Below the pieces are notes generated by a model, which did not search any database, was not told where the DNA came from, and saw only the letters and a list, made by a program, of their open reading frames with translations. DNA of 64,000 nucleotides from an uncultured Bacillota bacterium. Its GTDB lineage: Bacteria; Sysuimicrobiota; Sysuimicrobiia; Sysuimicrobiales; Segetimicrobiaceae. The position numbers and the translations under genes are program-made. The stretch spans positions 46,116 to 110,115 of the forward strand of contig CAWDRG010000018.1 of the NCBI GenBank assembly GCA_963804645.1. Reading direction: 5' to 3'. This document shows positions 40,339-50,384 of the stretch, piece by piece. Numbering within the stretch: position 1 is the stretch's first letter; the number at the start of each line of letters is the position of its first letter.

Positions 40339-41355
40339 GCAATGCGGATGCGCGGGTCGAGCATGAGCTGCAGGAGGTCGACGATCAGGTTCACGCAGAC
40401 ATAGATCCCCGCGACGACGATCGCGACGCTCATGATCGCCGGGAAGTCGAGCGTCGTGGCGGACTGAAACGCATAGCGACCGACGCCCGGCCAGGCAAAC
40501 ACCGTCTCGATGATCACCGCGCCCGACAGCAGACTTCCGAACGCGAGGCCGATGTAGGCGGTCGTCGGGATCAACGCATTGCGGAGCGCGTGACGGTACA
40601 GGATCAGTCGCCTGCCGAGCCCCTTGGCCCGAGCCGTCCGGATGTATTCCTGCGCGATCACGTCGAGCACCGACGAGCGCGTGATCCGGGCGATGAACGC
40701 CGTCTGCTGCAGTCCGAGGGTCAGCGCCGGTAGCGCGAGGTGCCCGAGCGCGTCCCAGAAGACGGCCGGGCGGCCTGCCAGCAGGGCGTCCACGGTGAGC
40801 AGGCCGGTCACGGCCGGCGGAGGCTGCAATGTCGCGCTGAGCCGACCCTCGGGGGACGGAAACCACCCCAGACGCCCGTAGAACACGTACAGTGCCACCA
40901 ACGCAAGCCAGAAGATCGGGGCAGAGCGCCGACCAGTGTGCAGACGCGCACCGCTCGGTCCAGAAGCCGCTCGTGATAGCCGCCGCCACCACGCCCAAGG
41001 GAATGCCGAGGAGCACGCTGAGCGCCATCGCCGCTAGCGCGAGCTCGATCGTGGCGGGCAGATACTCCTTGAGATCCTCGGCGACCGGGCGCCGGCTTCG
41101 GATGGACACACCGAGATTGCCATGGATGATGAGCCCCATATACCGCATGTACTGCTCGTAGAGCGGTCGATCGAGCCCCCATTCCTCCTTGAATGCCTTC
41201 ACGATCTTCGGGTCGTCGAGCGCCCTGTCGCTGAGATTTGCCACGATCGGGTCCGCGGGGACGAGGTGCGAGACGACAAACGCGACGAGCGTGACGGCGA
41301 GTGCCAGCGGCACCATAAGGAGGATGCGCCGGACCACATACCGTTGGACGCTCAT
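40335..41355 (-). CDS. Peptide ABC permease (DppB-like), frameshifted near 40900-40970
   Basis: GLDRPLYEQY, GNLGVS, PATIELA; EYIRTARAKGL, ETVFAWPGVG. Confidence 0.85.
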
Positions 41356-41392
41356 GCGCTACCGCGCCATCGGCCGGACTCGGTCGGCGACG

Positions 41393-42168
41393 TCAGATCC
41401 TGGGGCCATCGCCCGGGACGGCGCGTTCGTCATCCTCGGGCTCCCCGCGGGCCAGGAGCCCGGCGTAGCATCGGTAGATCTCCTGTGTATGCACCCGCAC
41501 GGCAAGTGCCGCCGCGTCCTCGTTCTTGTCTTTCACACCCTGGAGTATGCGATCATGCCCCGTGGCGGCGATCACGTGGAGTTGTGCGTAGTGCCGCGAC
41601 AGGCGGACTCGGAACGAACGCCCACACCTGCGCATCGAGCTTTTGGTACGTTGACACCAAGTATGGGTTCCCGGACAGCTCCACGATGTAGCAGTGGAAG
41701 CGACTGTCAGCTTCAAGAAGGACGGAGACGGCACCGAGGGGATTTGGTCCGTACGCCAAGGTTTGTTCTGCCGTTTTCCACTCGGTGAGTATCTGCTCGG
41801 CATGGGCGAGGTCCGCGTCTGTCCGGCGTTGTGCGGCCAGGCGCGCCGAGTATCCTTCGACCGCCTCACACGCGTCAAAGAGCTGGCGAATACGTTCCTC
41901 GCCGACATCGATGACGAACGTGCCCTTTCGGGGCAAGATTTCGACCAGCCCCTCCTCAGACAGGCGCAGGATCGCCTGCATGATCGGGGTCGCACTCGTC
42001 TTCAACTGCTTCGCCAGATCTCGCACAACGAGTTGCGCGCCCGGCTTGAACTGGTGCGTGACGATCGCACCCCTCAGGCTCTGATAGACGAGGTCTCGAA
42101 TGCTGCTGGGGATAATTGGTTTCAGGGATGATGGCGGGTCGACGGTGCTTTCGCGTTGCAGATACCAT
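41393..42168 (-). CDS. GntR/FCD family regulator, frameshifted
   Basis: LAKQLKTSATPIMQAILRLSEEGLVEILPRKGTFV, DSRFH..SGNPYL. Confidence 0.75.
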
Positions 42169-42427
42169 ATTTGGCCGCACCCACTGAAATTTCAGTTTGC
42201 TGAAATTTCTGCTCTGACTTCCAAACTCCTGCAGGCAGCGGATCACACGAAGTATCGGTCTGGATCTTACGGAGCGTCATACCCGAGGCCGCCGGCCAGC
42301 CTCGCCGGCGGGGTTCCCGGTCCGGACCGGAATCCTAGCCTCAATCCAATCCAAACGGACAGGTTTTGCGTAGTTACTCATAGAATTCCAGAGATTCGTG
42401 GGGGCATCCGAGTCCGGTGAGCGAACC

Positions 42428-43033
42428 ATGAGTGAGTGGCTGACCCTGGGCGAAGCCGCGCGGCTCCTCGGCGTTGATGAGACCACCCTGCGGGGGTGGG
42501 CCGATGCTGGGAAGGTGCGCGTCTACCGGACGCCCGGGGGTCACCGCCGGTTCAACGCGTCCGATCTGGCCGGGCTCCTGAGCTCGCCGGAGCCGACTCC
42601 CGCCGGGGCGGATGCGCTGCGGGATAGCCTGCTTCCGTCGGAGCGCGGGGAGTCCGCCAGGGAGTGGATGACCTCGCGCCCCTGGTTCGCCGGGATCGAC
42701 GCGGAAGCACGCGGACGGGCGCGCGCGCAGTGCGGCAAACTGATGGAGGCCCTTGCCACGTATCTAGAGGCGGATGACGCGTCCCGAGGCGGGCAGATGT
42801 CCAGCGCGCGCCTGATCGGGACCGAGCTCGGGCGGGAGGTCGCGCGCTGGGGCCTGACCCCGGCGCAGTCGACGGACGTGTTTCTGCACTTCAAGCGCGG
42901 CGTGACCGAGATGCTTGCGGCGTCGCGGCGCGGCGGATCCGGGCAGATTCGCTCGATGCGGGATGCCGACGCGTTTCTGGGGGATGCGCTCCAAGCGATG
43001 ATGGAGGCGTATGAGGAACGGCGTCCTGCGTAG
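42428..43033 (+). CDS. Excisionase/BldC-type (MerR-like) HTH protein with helical C-terminal domain
   Basis: WLTLGEAARLLGVDETTLRGWADAGKVRVYRTPGGHRRF. Confidence 0.85.
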   Translation: MSEWLTLGEAARLLGVDETTLRGWADAGKVRVYRTPGGHRRFNASDLAGLLSSPEPTPAGADALRDSLLPSERGESAREWMTSRPWFAGIDAEARGRARAQCGKLMEALATYLEADDASRGGQMSSARLIGTELGREVARWGLTPAQSTDVFLHFKRGVTEMLAASRRGGSGQIRSMRDADAFLGDALQAMMEAYEERRPA

Positions 43034-43067
43034 GAGCAGCGGAGGGAGCGCACCGGGGGCAGCGCCA

Positions 43068-44315
43068 GTGACGCACGGCGTGCGGGAATACCTCGTCGTC
43101 GGCGTCAGCCACCGTACCGCGCACGTGGGCCTGCGCGAACGGTTCGCGGTGGACGCGGCCCGGCTGCCGGCCGTCCTCGACGCGATCCGCGCCTGCGAGG
43201 GGATTGACGAGGCGGTGCTGCTCTCGACCTGCAATCGGGTGGAATGGTACCTCGCTGCGGAGCGCCCCGACGCGGCGGCCGCGGCGGCGACCGCCTTCTT
43301 CGGCGCGGCCGGGTCCGACGCGGAGTCCGCGGTGCGCGTTGCGGTCGGCGTGGACGCGGTGCGCCACGCGTTCCGCGTGGCCGGCGGGCTCGAATCGATG
43401 ATCGTCGGCGAGTGCCAGATCCTCGGGCAGATGCGCGCGGGGTTCGGGGCGTCCCAGGCGGCCGGGTCTGTCGGCCCCTCGCTCGACGCGCTGTTTCGGG
43501 CGGCGCTCGCGGCGGGGCGGCGCGTCCAGCGGGAGACGGAGCTTGGGCGCGGGGCGGCGTCGGTGCCGGCCGCGGCGGTGGCGCACGCCCGGCGCCTGCT
43601 GGGTTCGCTCGCCGACCGCCGCGTCCTGGTGATCGGAGCCGGCAAGATGGGCGAGGTGACGGTGCGCGCGATGGTGGACGCGGGCGCGCGCGCCGTGGTC
43701 GTCGTGAACCGGACCGCGGAGGCGGCCCGCGACCTCGCCGCGATGTTCGGCGGCGCGGTGGCGCCGTTTGGCCAGCTCGCGGACGAGCTGGCGCGCGCCG
43801 ACGTCGCGATCGTCAGCACCGGGGCCGGCAGCATTCTCCTCGATGCATCGACCGTGGCCGCGGCCGCGGCGGGACGGACCACGCCGCTCGTCATCGTGGA
43901 CATCGCCGTCCCGCGGAACGTCGAGCCGGCGGCCGGCGCCATCCCCGGCGTGCACCTGTGCGACATCGACGACCTGATGGACACGCCGGACGGTGCCGGT
44001 CGCGACAGCCTGCGCCGCGCCGAGGCGCTCGTCGAAGACGACGTGCAGGGGTTTCTGCGCGCGCGCGCGGCGCGGGGCGCCGCGTCGGCGATCGCCGCCG
44101 CCCGCGCGGATGCCAACGCGATCCTCGAACAGGAGTGGGGCCGCGCGCGAGGGCGCCTGGCGTCGCTCACCCCCGAGGAAGCCGAGACGGTGCGGATGGT
44201 GCTGCAGCGCATCGTCAACAAGGTGCTCCACCGGCCGATCACCGCGCTGACCGCGGCCGCGGAGACGGGTCACCTCGCCGGCGGGCCTGCGGCCGATGCG
44301 GGGGAGGGCGGATGA
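43068..44315 (+). CDS. hemA: Glutamyl-tRNA reductase
   Basis: GVSHRTA, LSTCNRVE, GLESMIVGECQILGQ, GAGKMG, DIAVPRNV. Confidence 0.93.
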   Translation: MTHGVREYLVVGVSHRTAHVGLRERFAVDAARLPAVLDAIRACEGIDEAVLLSTCNRVEWYLAAERPDAAAAAATAFFGAAGSDAESAVRVAVGVDAVRHAFRVAGGLESMIVGECQILGQMRAGFGASQAAGSVGPSLDALFRAALAAGRRVQRETELGRGAASVPAAAVAHARRLLGSLADRRVLVIGAGKMGEVTVRAMVDAGARAVVVVNRTAEAARDLAAMFGGAVAPFGQLADELARADVAIVSTGAGSILLDASTVAAAAAGRTTPLVIVDIAVPRNVEPAAGAIPGVHLCDIDDLMDTPDGAGRDSLRRAEALVEDDVQGFLRARAARGAASAIAAARADANAILEQEWGRARGRLASLTPEEAETVRMVLQRIVNKVLHRPITALTAAAETGHLAGGPAADAGEGG

Positions 44316-45274
44316 CGGGCGTGCGCCTCCGCGTCGGGACGCGCGGAAGCCAGCTGGCGCTCCGGCAGACCGGCCTCGTTATCGACGCCATCCGGCGCGT
44401 CGCGCCCGGGATCTCGCTCGAGACGACGATCGTCACGACGGCGGGCGACCGGGCGGTGGACGTGCCCCTCGAGCGCCTCGACGGCGTGGGATTCTTCGCG
44501 AAGGAACTTGAGGCGGCGCTGGTCGACGGGCGCTGCGATCTCGCAGTCCACAGCGCGAAGGATCTTCCGACGTCGCTGCATCCCGGGCTCATGCTCGGCG
44601 CGGTGCCGCGGCGGACGGAGCCGCGGGATGTCCTGATCTCGCGGGGCGGGGAGCGGCTCGGAGACCTGCCGCCGGGCGCCCGGGTGGGGACGAGCAGCCT
44701 GCGGCGCGCGGCGCAGCTCAGAGCGCACCGCCCGGATCTCCGGCCGGTGCCGATCCGCGGGAATCTCGACACGCGCCTCGCCAAGCTCGGGCGCGGTGAG
44801 TGCGAAGCGTTGTGTGTGGCGGGCGCGGGGTTGGTGCGCATGGGATGGCAGGACCGCATCACCGAGTGGCTCGCTCCCGCGGTCATGCTGCCGGCGCCCG
44901 CGCAGGGCGCCCTCGCGGTGGAGATCCGCGGCGCCGACGTCGAGCTCGCTCAGCTGCTGCGGCCGCTGGATGACGCGGCGACGCGCGAGGCGGTGGCGGC
45001 GGAGCGGGCTTTCCTCGCGAGGCTCGAGAGCGGCTGCCGCGCACCCGCGGCCGCGCTCGCCGACGTGGGGCCGGGCGGACTCGTGCTCGAGGCGCTCGTC
45101 GCGCGCGAGGACGGGACCGCGGTGCGCCGCCACCGGAGCCGCGGTCCGCTGGGATCCGCGGAGTGGCTGGGCACGGCGGCGGCGGACTATCTGCTGGCGC
45201 ACGCGGGCGGCGTCCTCGCGTCGGTCCCGGACGCATCCCGCGCGCTCCCGGTCGGCGGGCCAGGCGCCCCGTGA
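44312..45274 (+). CDS. hemC: Hydroxymethylbilane synthase
   Basis: GTRGSQLAL, AVHSAKD, GTSSLRR, RGNLDTR, LESGC. Confidence 0.95.
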   Translation: MTGVRLRVGTRGSQLALRQTGLVIDAIRRVAPGISLETTIVTTAGDRAVDVPLERLDGVGFFAKELEAALVDGRCDLAVHSAKDLPTSLHPGLMLGAVPRRTEPRDVLISRGGERLGDLPPGARVGTSSLRRAAQLRAHRPDLRPVPIRGNLDTRLAKLGRGECEALCVAGAGLVRMGWQDRITEWLAPAVMLPAPAQGALAVEIRGADVELAQLLRPLDDAATREAVAAERAFLARLESGCRAPAAALADVGPGGLVLEALVAREDGTAVRRHRSRGPLGSAEWLGTAAADYLLAHAGGVLASVPDASRALPVGGPGAP

Positions 45275-46080
45275 GCCGGTCGTCCGGCCCGCTCGCGGGC
45301 CGGCGGATCCTCATCACGCGCGCCCGCGCACAGGCGGGACCGCTGCGCGATCTGCTCGAGGCCGACGGGGCCGAGGTGCTGGAGTTTCCGACGATTCGGG
45401 TCGGACCGCCGGACGACCCCGGGCCGCTCGACCGCGCGCTCGCGGAGATCGACCGGTACGGGTGGATCGTGTTCACCAGCCGGAACGCGGTGCAGGCGGT
45501 CTGCGACCGGTTGCGCGAGACAGGCCGCACGCCGTCGGCGCTCGGGGGCGCGAAGCTGGCGGCGATCGGGCCGGGCACGGCCGAGGCGCTGCGGTCCGCC
45601 GGGCTCTCCGTCGATCTGGCTCCTCGCGAGTACGTGGCGGAGGCGTTGGTGGACGCGTTTGGGGGGATCGCGCTGCGCGGCGTCGCGGTGCTGCTGCCGC
45701 GCGCGGCCAGCGCACGCGGGGTGCTTCCCGACGGCCTCCGCGCCCGGGGCGCGGCGGTCGAGGTCGTCGCTGCCTATCGGACCGAGGTCGAGCGGGATCA
45801 CGCGCCGGAGGTCCGGCGGCGTCTCGTTGCACACCCGGTGGACGCGGTCACGTTTACGAGTTCGTCGACGGTGACCCACTTCGTGGAACTGCTGGGTAGC
45901 GAGGTGGACCGGGTGGTCGGGTCGGCGCTGGTCGTCTGCATCGGGCCGGTGACGGCGGCCACCGCGCGGGCGGAGGGGCTCCGCGTGTCGGTCGTCGCCA
46001 CCGACTACACGATCCCGGGGCTCGTGGCGGCGCTGCGACGCGCGCTGGCCGGCACGGCCCGGACGTCCGCGGGCGGCTGA
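45271..46080 (+). CDS. hemD: Uroporphyrinogen-III synthase
   Basis: ILITRA, FTSRNAV, AIGPGTA, FTSSSTV, CIGPVTA. Confidence 0.92.
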   Translation: MSRSSGPLAGRRILITRARAQAGPLRDLLEADGAEVLEFPTIRVGPPDDPGPLDRALAEIDRYGWIVFTSRNAVQAVCDRLRETGRTPSALGGAKLAAIGPGTAEALRSAGLSVDLAPREYVAEALVDAFGGIALRGVAVLLPRAASARGVLPDGLRARGAAVEVVAAYRTEVERDHAPEVRRRLVAHPVDAVTFTSSSTVTHFVELLGSEVDRVVGSALVVCIGPVTAATARAEGLRVSVVATDYTIPGLVAALRRALAGTARTSAGG

Positions 46081-46107
46081 CCGCCGGCCAAGGGGAGGAG
46101 AACGGTG

Positions 46108-47088
46108 ATGTCGTTTCCGCGTTCCCGGCTGCGCCGCCTGCGGCGCACGCCGACGCTGCGGGCAATGGTGCGCGAGACGGTGCTCGAGCCGACCGATCTG
46201 ATCGCGCCGCTGTTCATCAAGGAAGGGCTGTCCCGGCCCGTGCCGCTCGAGGCGCTGCCCGGGCAGCAGCAGCATACCCTCGGCAGCCTGGTCGAAGAGT
46301 GCGGGCGCCTTTTCGAGCACGGGGTGCCGGGGGTGATTCTCTTCGGCATCCCCGCGCTCAAAGACGAAGCCGGATCGGCCGCGTGGGATCCGGAGGGGAT
46401 CGTCCAGCAGGCCGCCCGGCGCGTGCGGGCGGAGGTGGGCGACGGGCTCGCGCTGATCGCGGATCTGTGCCTGTGCGAGTACACCGCGCACGGACACTGC
46501 GGCGTGCTGCGGGGCGACGAGGTCGACAATGATGCGACGCTCGCCGCGTACGGGCGGATCGCGGCGTCCTACGCCGAGGCCGGGATCGACATCGTGGCGC
46601 CGTCGGGCATGATGGACGGGCAGGTGGGAGCGATCCGCCGGGCCCTCGACGACGGCGGACGTCAGGAGGTCGCGATCCTGGCATACGCCGCCAAGTACGC
46701 CTCGGCGTTCTTCGAGCCGTTCCGGCACGCCGCGGAGTCCGCGCCGCGATTTGGGGACCGGCGCGCGTATCAGATGGACCCCGCCAACGTCGAGGAGGCG
46801 CTGCGCGAGGTGCGCCTGGACATCGAGGAAGGCTGCGATCTCGTGATGGTCAAGCCCGCCCTGCCATACCTCGACGTGCTGAGCCGCGTCAAGGCCACGT
46901 TCGGGCTGCCGACCGCGGCCTACCACACGAGCGGGGAGTACGCCATGCTCAAGGCGGCCGCGGCACGGGGGTGGCTCGACGAGGACCGGGCGATGCTCGA
47001 ACTCCTCGTCGCGATCCGGCGCGCCGGCGCCGATCTGATCCTGACGTACTGCGCGGGAGCCGCCGCGGAACGGCTGCGCCGCGGATGA
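46108..47088 (+). CDS. hemB: Porphobilinogen synthase (Zn-type)
   Basis: DLCLCEYTAHGHCG, APSGMMDG, YQMDPAN, MVKP, SGEYAM. Confidence 0.95.
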   Translation: MSFPRSRLRRLRRTPTLRAMVRETVLEPTDLIAPLFIKEGLSRPVPLEALPGQQQHTLGSLVEECGRLFEHGVPGVILFGIPALKDEAGSAAWDPEGIVQQAARRVRAEVGDGLALIADLCLCEYTAHGHCGVLRGDEVDNDATLAAYGRIAASYAEAGIDIVAPSGMMDGQVGAIRRALDDGGRQEVAILAYAAKYASAFFEPFRHAAESAPRFGDRRAYQMDPANVEEALREVRLDIEEGCDLVMVKPALPYLDVLSRVKATFGLPTAAYHTSGEYAMLKAAAARGWLDEDRAMLELLVAIRRAGADLILTYCAGAAAERLRRG

Positions 47089-48422
47089 CGGACGGCGGCG
47101 GCACGGACGTGCGCGCGATGACGTCTGACGCGCTGTACGCTGAGGCGTGCGGGCTCATGCCCGCCGGCGTGAACAGCCCGGTGCGGGCGTACGGGGCCGT
47201 CGGCGGCACGCCGCTGTTTGTGGCCCGGGGCGCCGGCTCCCGGGTCTGGGACGTCGACGGCCACGAGTACGTCGACTACGTGGGGTCATGGGGGCCGCTG
47301 ATCGTCGGCCACGCGCATCCGTCGGTGGTGCGGGGCGTGATCGAGACAGCCTCGCTCGGCAGCAGCTTCGGCGCGCCGACCCCCCTCGAGGTGGCGCTGG
47401 CGCGCGTGGTGATCGAGGCCGTGCCGTCGATGGAGCTGCTCCGCATGGTGAGCTCCGGCACCGAGGCCACGATGAGCGCGCTCAGGCTCTCGCGCGCCGC
47501 GACGGGCCGGCGGTTCGTCGTCAAGTTCGACGGGTGCTATCACGGTCACGTCGACTCGCTGCTGGCGCGGGCCGGCTCCGGGGTGCTGACGTTCGCGCGC
47601 GCCGCCGTCGACGCCGGGGCGCCGCCCGACAGCGTGCCCAGCAGCGCCGGCGTGCCAGCGGAGGTGGCGGCGCTGACGCTTGTGGTGCCGTTCAACGACC
47701 CGGCGGCGCTGCGCGCGCTGTTTGCGGCGCGGGGGCCGGAGATCGCGTCGGTGATCGTCGAACCGATTCCCGGGAACATGGGCGTCGTGCCCCCGCGCGA
47801 GGGATTCCTGGAGCTGCTGCGCGATCTGTGCCGGGAGGCTGGCGCGCTCCTGATCTTCGACGAGGTGATCACCGGATTCCGGGTGGCGCGCGGGGGCGCG
47901 CAGGCGCGCTACGGCGTGCGTCCGGACCTGACGTGTTTGGGCAAAGTGATCGGGGGCGGCTTCCCGGTCGGCGCCTACGGCGGGCGCGCGGACGTGATGC
48001 GCCAGATCGCGCCGCTCGGGCCGGTCTACCAGGCCGGGACGCTGTCCGGCAACCCGGTCGCGATGCGCGCCGGCCTCGAGACCCTGCGGCTGCTCGACGC
48101 GGACGCGTACCGGCGTCTCGACGAGCTGGGGGCCGCGCTCGCGGACGGGCTCGCGTCCGCCGCGCGCCGCGCCCGGACTCCGCTCGTCGTGAACCGCGTC
48201 GGGTCGATGCTGACGCCGTTCTTGACGGACGCGCCCGTGACCGACGCGGTGTCGGCACAGCGCGCGGATGTCGGCCGGTACGCGCGCTTTTTTCACGGAC
48301 TGCGCGACCGCGGCGTCATGGTGCCGCCCTCGCAGTTCGAGGCGTGGTTTCTGTCGCTGGCCCATTCGCACGACGACGTCCGGCAGACCGTCGACGCGGC
48401 CGCCCTCGCCTTTTCGGCGTGA
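47085..48422 (+). CDS. hemL: Glutamate-1-semialdehyde 2,1-aminomutase
   Basis: GVNSPVRA, SGTEATM, FDEVITGFR, LGKVIGGG, QAGTLSGNP. Confidence 0.95.
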   Translation: MTDGGGTDVRAMTSDALYAEACGLMPAGVNSPVRAYGAVGGTPLFVARGAGSRVWDVDGHEYVDYVGSWGPLIVGHAHPSVVRGVIETASLGSSFGAPTPLEVALARVVIEAVPSMELLRMVSSGTEATMSALRLSRAATGRRFVVKFDGCYHGHVDSLLARAGSGVLTFARAAVDAGAPPDSVPSSAGVPAEVAALTLVVPFNDPAALRALFAARGPEIASVIVEPIPGNMGVVPPREGFLELLRDLCREAGALLIFDEVITGFRVARGGAQARYGVRPDLTCLGKVIGGGFPVGAYGGRADVMRQIAPLGPVYQAGTLSGNPVAMRAGLETLRLLDADAYRRLDELGAALADGLASAARRARTPLVVNRVGSMLTPFLTDAPVTDAVSAQRADVGRYARFFHGLRDRGVMVPPSQFEAWFLSLAHSHDDVRQTVDAAALAFSA

Positions 48423-48801
48423 GCCCGCGCGTTGGAACGAACGTCCACGCGTTCGCCCTGGCGATTCACGCGCGCGGTCTCGGCGTCATCGGTGCTTCGA
48501 CGGTGTCCGTCGCCCCGACGCGTCCGCGTATTGCGATCCTCTACTGCCTCACGGAGCACACGTCGGGCGGTAAGGGGCCGAGAAGGGGGCAGTGTCCGAG
48601 AAATCGAACGAAGTACGTCCGTGCCTAGCGGGAACGGTCGCGGGCGGATCACACGGGCTTTCGCGGGTGGGTGCTGGACGCGGGCCAGCCCGAAGGCCGG
48701 ATCAGAGCCTCTCGTAGGCGAAACTCGGAAACGCAAAACGGAGAATCCCGTCAACATCTGATGACGATGGGACGGGCTCAACGCTTCGGGAGGCGGATGC
48801 A

Positions 48802-49323
48802 ATGAACCGGACACGCGTTGCTCTCGTTGCGGCCACGCTGGGAGTACTCGGTCTCATCGGTGGCTTTTGGACGGTCAGCACCACCGCCTCGGAACCGGAC
48901 AAACTGATTGTTCCGGGCAAGCAGCTTGGGGTGGTGCGGATCGGGGAAACGCCCGAAGAGGTCGGCCGCTTGTTGGGGGCGCCCCTGCACAAGGGCAGCG
49001 CAGCGGCGGCGGGCACGACGGATTATGTGTACAATCATGCCGACGCGTGCAGCATCGACGATGTCGAGTTCACCGCGCCCCCGGGAGTCCAGGTGCTCGC
49101 CGTCTCGACGGTGAGCCCCGCCTGCATGACCGCGAAAAGCATCCGCGTCGGAAGTTCGGGGCTGCAAGTGATCAATGCCTACGCGAAGGGTGGCCCGGGA
49201 TATGTGGAGACGCGTCTCCCAGACGGGTCCGTCAGGGTATGGTACAAGAATCTCGGGATCGTCTTCGTGATTTCCCCGCGAGACACCGTCATCAAGCTCC
49301 AGGTGAGAAAGTCGGGATACTGA
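48802..49323 (+). CDS. Secreted hypothetical protein
   Basis: GGAGG RBS, signal peptide, IVPGKQLGVVRIG, IRVGSS..YG-like repeat. Confidence 0.65.
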   Translation: MNRTRVALVAATLGVLGLIGGFWTVSTTASEPDKLIVPGKQLGVVRIGETPEEVGRLLGAPLHKGSAAAAGTTDYVYNHADACSIDDVEFTAPPGVQVLAVSTVSPACMTAKSIRVGSSGLQVINAYAKGGPGYVETRLPDGSVRVWYKNLGIVFVISPRDTVIKLQVRKSGY

Positions 49324-49588
49324 CGAGGGAGGAATTCGCCCGTCGTATGATCGGCTGAGTCCTTCCCGAAGAAGAAGCCGCGTGCGTCTTCGCTGCATGC
49401 GGTTCCGACCGGCACTGTGTTTCGATCGACCGGACACATTCGGCCTTCAGAAGCACACCCGCAGGGCACCCGCGGACGGGTGAGTCGGCATGGTCTCGAC
49501 GCGGGGTCGGACGGCCCGGGACGGGTGCCATCCGGCGGGCATAGCCGGCGCTGCCCGGTCGTTCTCCCCCTCGATGAACGAGATGCCG

Positions 49589-50293
49589 ATGCGCGCGCTG
49601 GTCATTATGCCGATGTACAACGAAGCGCCCACCCTCGCGCGGGTCCTCGACGAGGTGCGGCGGCACACGGACGCCGAGATCCTCGTCGTGAACGACGGGT
49701 CGACCGACGGGTCGGGGGAGATCTTGGCGCGGTATCTGCCCGCGATCGACGTCCTCACCCACGCGCAGAACGAAGGGTACGGGCAGTCCCTCATCGACGG
49801 CTTTCAGTTTGCCGTCTCGCGCGGATTTGAGGCCGCCGTCACGATCGACTGCGACCTGCAGCACGAACCTCGGATGATCCCGCAGTTCTTGGCGCGGCTC
49901 CCCGGCTTCGACATCGTGTCCGGAAGTCGCTACCACCCGGACGGCCCGCCGGACCAGGACGTCGCCCCGCCCGACCGCCGGCGGCTCAACGAGGAGATTA
50001 CCCGGATCATCAACGAACTGACCGGATATCATCTGACGGACGCCTGGTGCGGCTTCAAGGCGTACCGGGTCTCCGGGCTCGCGCGGATGCGTCTCGACGA
50101 GCGCAGCTACGGCATGCCGCTCCAGGTCTGGCTCCAGGCCGCGCGCCTCGGCCTGACGGTAACCGAGATTCCGGTGCCGCGGATTTATAAGAACCCGGAC
50201 CGACGGTTCTGGGGCGGCCTCGACGATCCCGAGACCCGGCGCACGTACTACCTCGCGATCATCGACCGTGAGATGAGCCGGGAGCGCCTGTAG
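49589..50293 (+). CDS. GT2 glycosyltransferase (DPM1/ArnC-like, soluble)
   Basis: PMYNE, VNDGSTD, NEGYG, IDCDLQH, VSGSRY, TDAWCGFKAY. Confidence 0.88.
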   Translation: MRALVIMPMYNEAPTLARVLDEVRRHTDAEILVVNDGSTDGSGEILARYLPAIDVLTHAQNEGYGQSLIDGFQFAVSRGFEAAVTIDCDLQHEPRMIPQFLARLPGFDIVSGSRYHPDGPPDQDVAPPDRRRLNEEITRIINELTGYHLTDAWCGFKAYRVSGLARMRLDERSYGMPLQVWLQAARLGLTVTEIPVPRIYKNPDRRFWGGLDDPETRRTYYLAIIDREMSRERL

Positions 50294-50384
50294 GCCGCGT
50301 CCGGCCCTGCGTCCCATCGCCCGGGGCGCGCGAGCACACGGTCGGCCACACACGACGCGCGCGCGTGCGCGACGGGGGGAAGCG

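Noticed and set aside
39403..41355. Apparent 650-aa DppB-DppC fusion
   Set aside because: Produced by frameshifts in dppB; the middle is off-frame.
42428..43033. Prophage excisionase
   Set aside because: No integrase or phage genes; long C-terminal domain and position at the head of the hem operon favour a regulator.
48715..48775. Hammerhead-like (GAAAC..GTC..CTGATGA) or c-di-GMP-I-like (GGCGAAAC..GCAAAAC) words
   Set aside because: Required stems cannot form; kept only as part of a generic structured-leader candidate.
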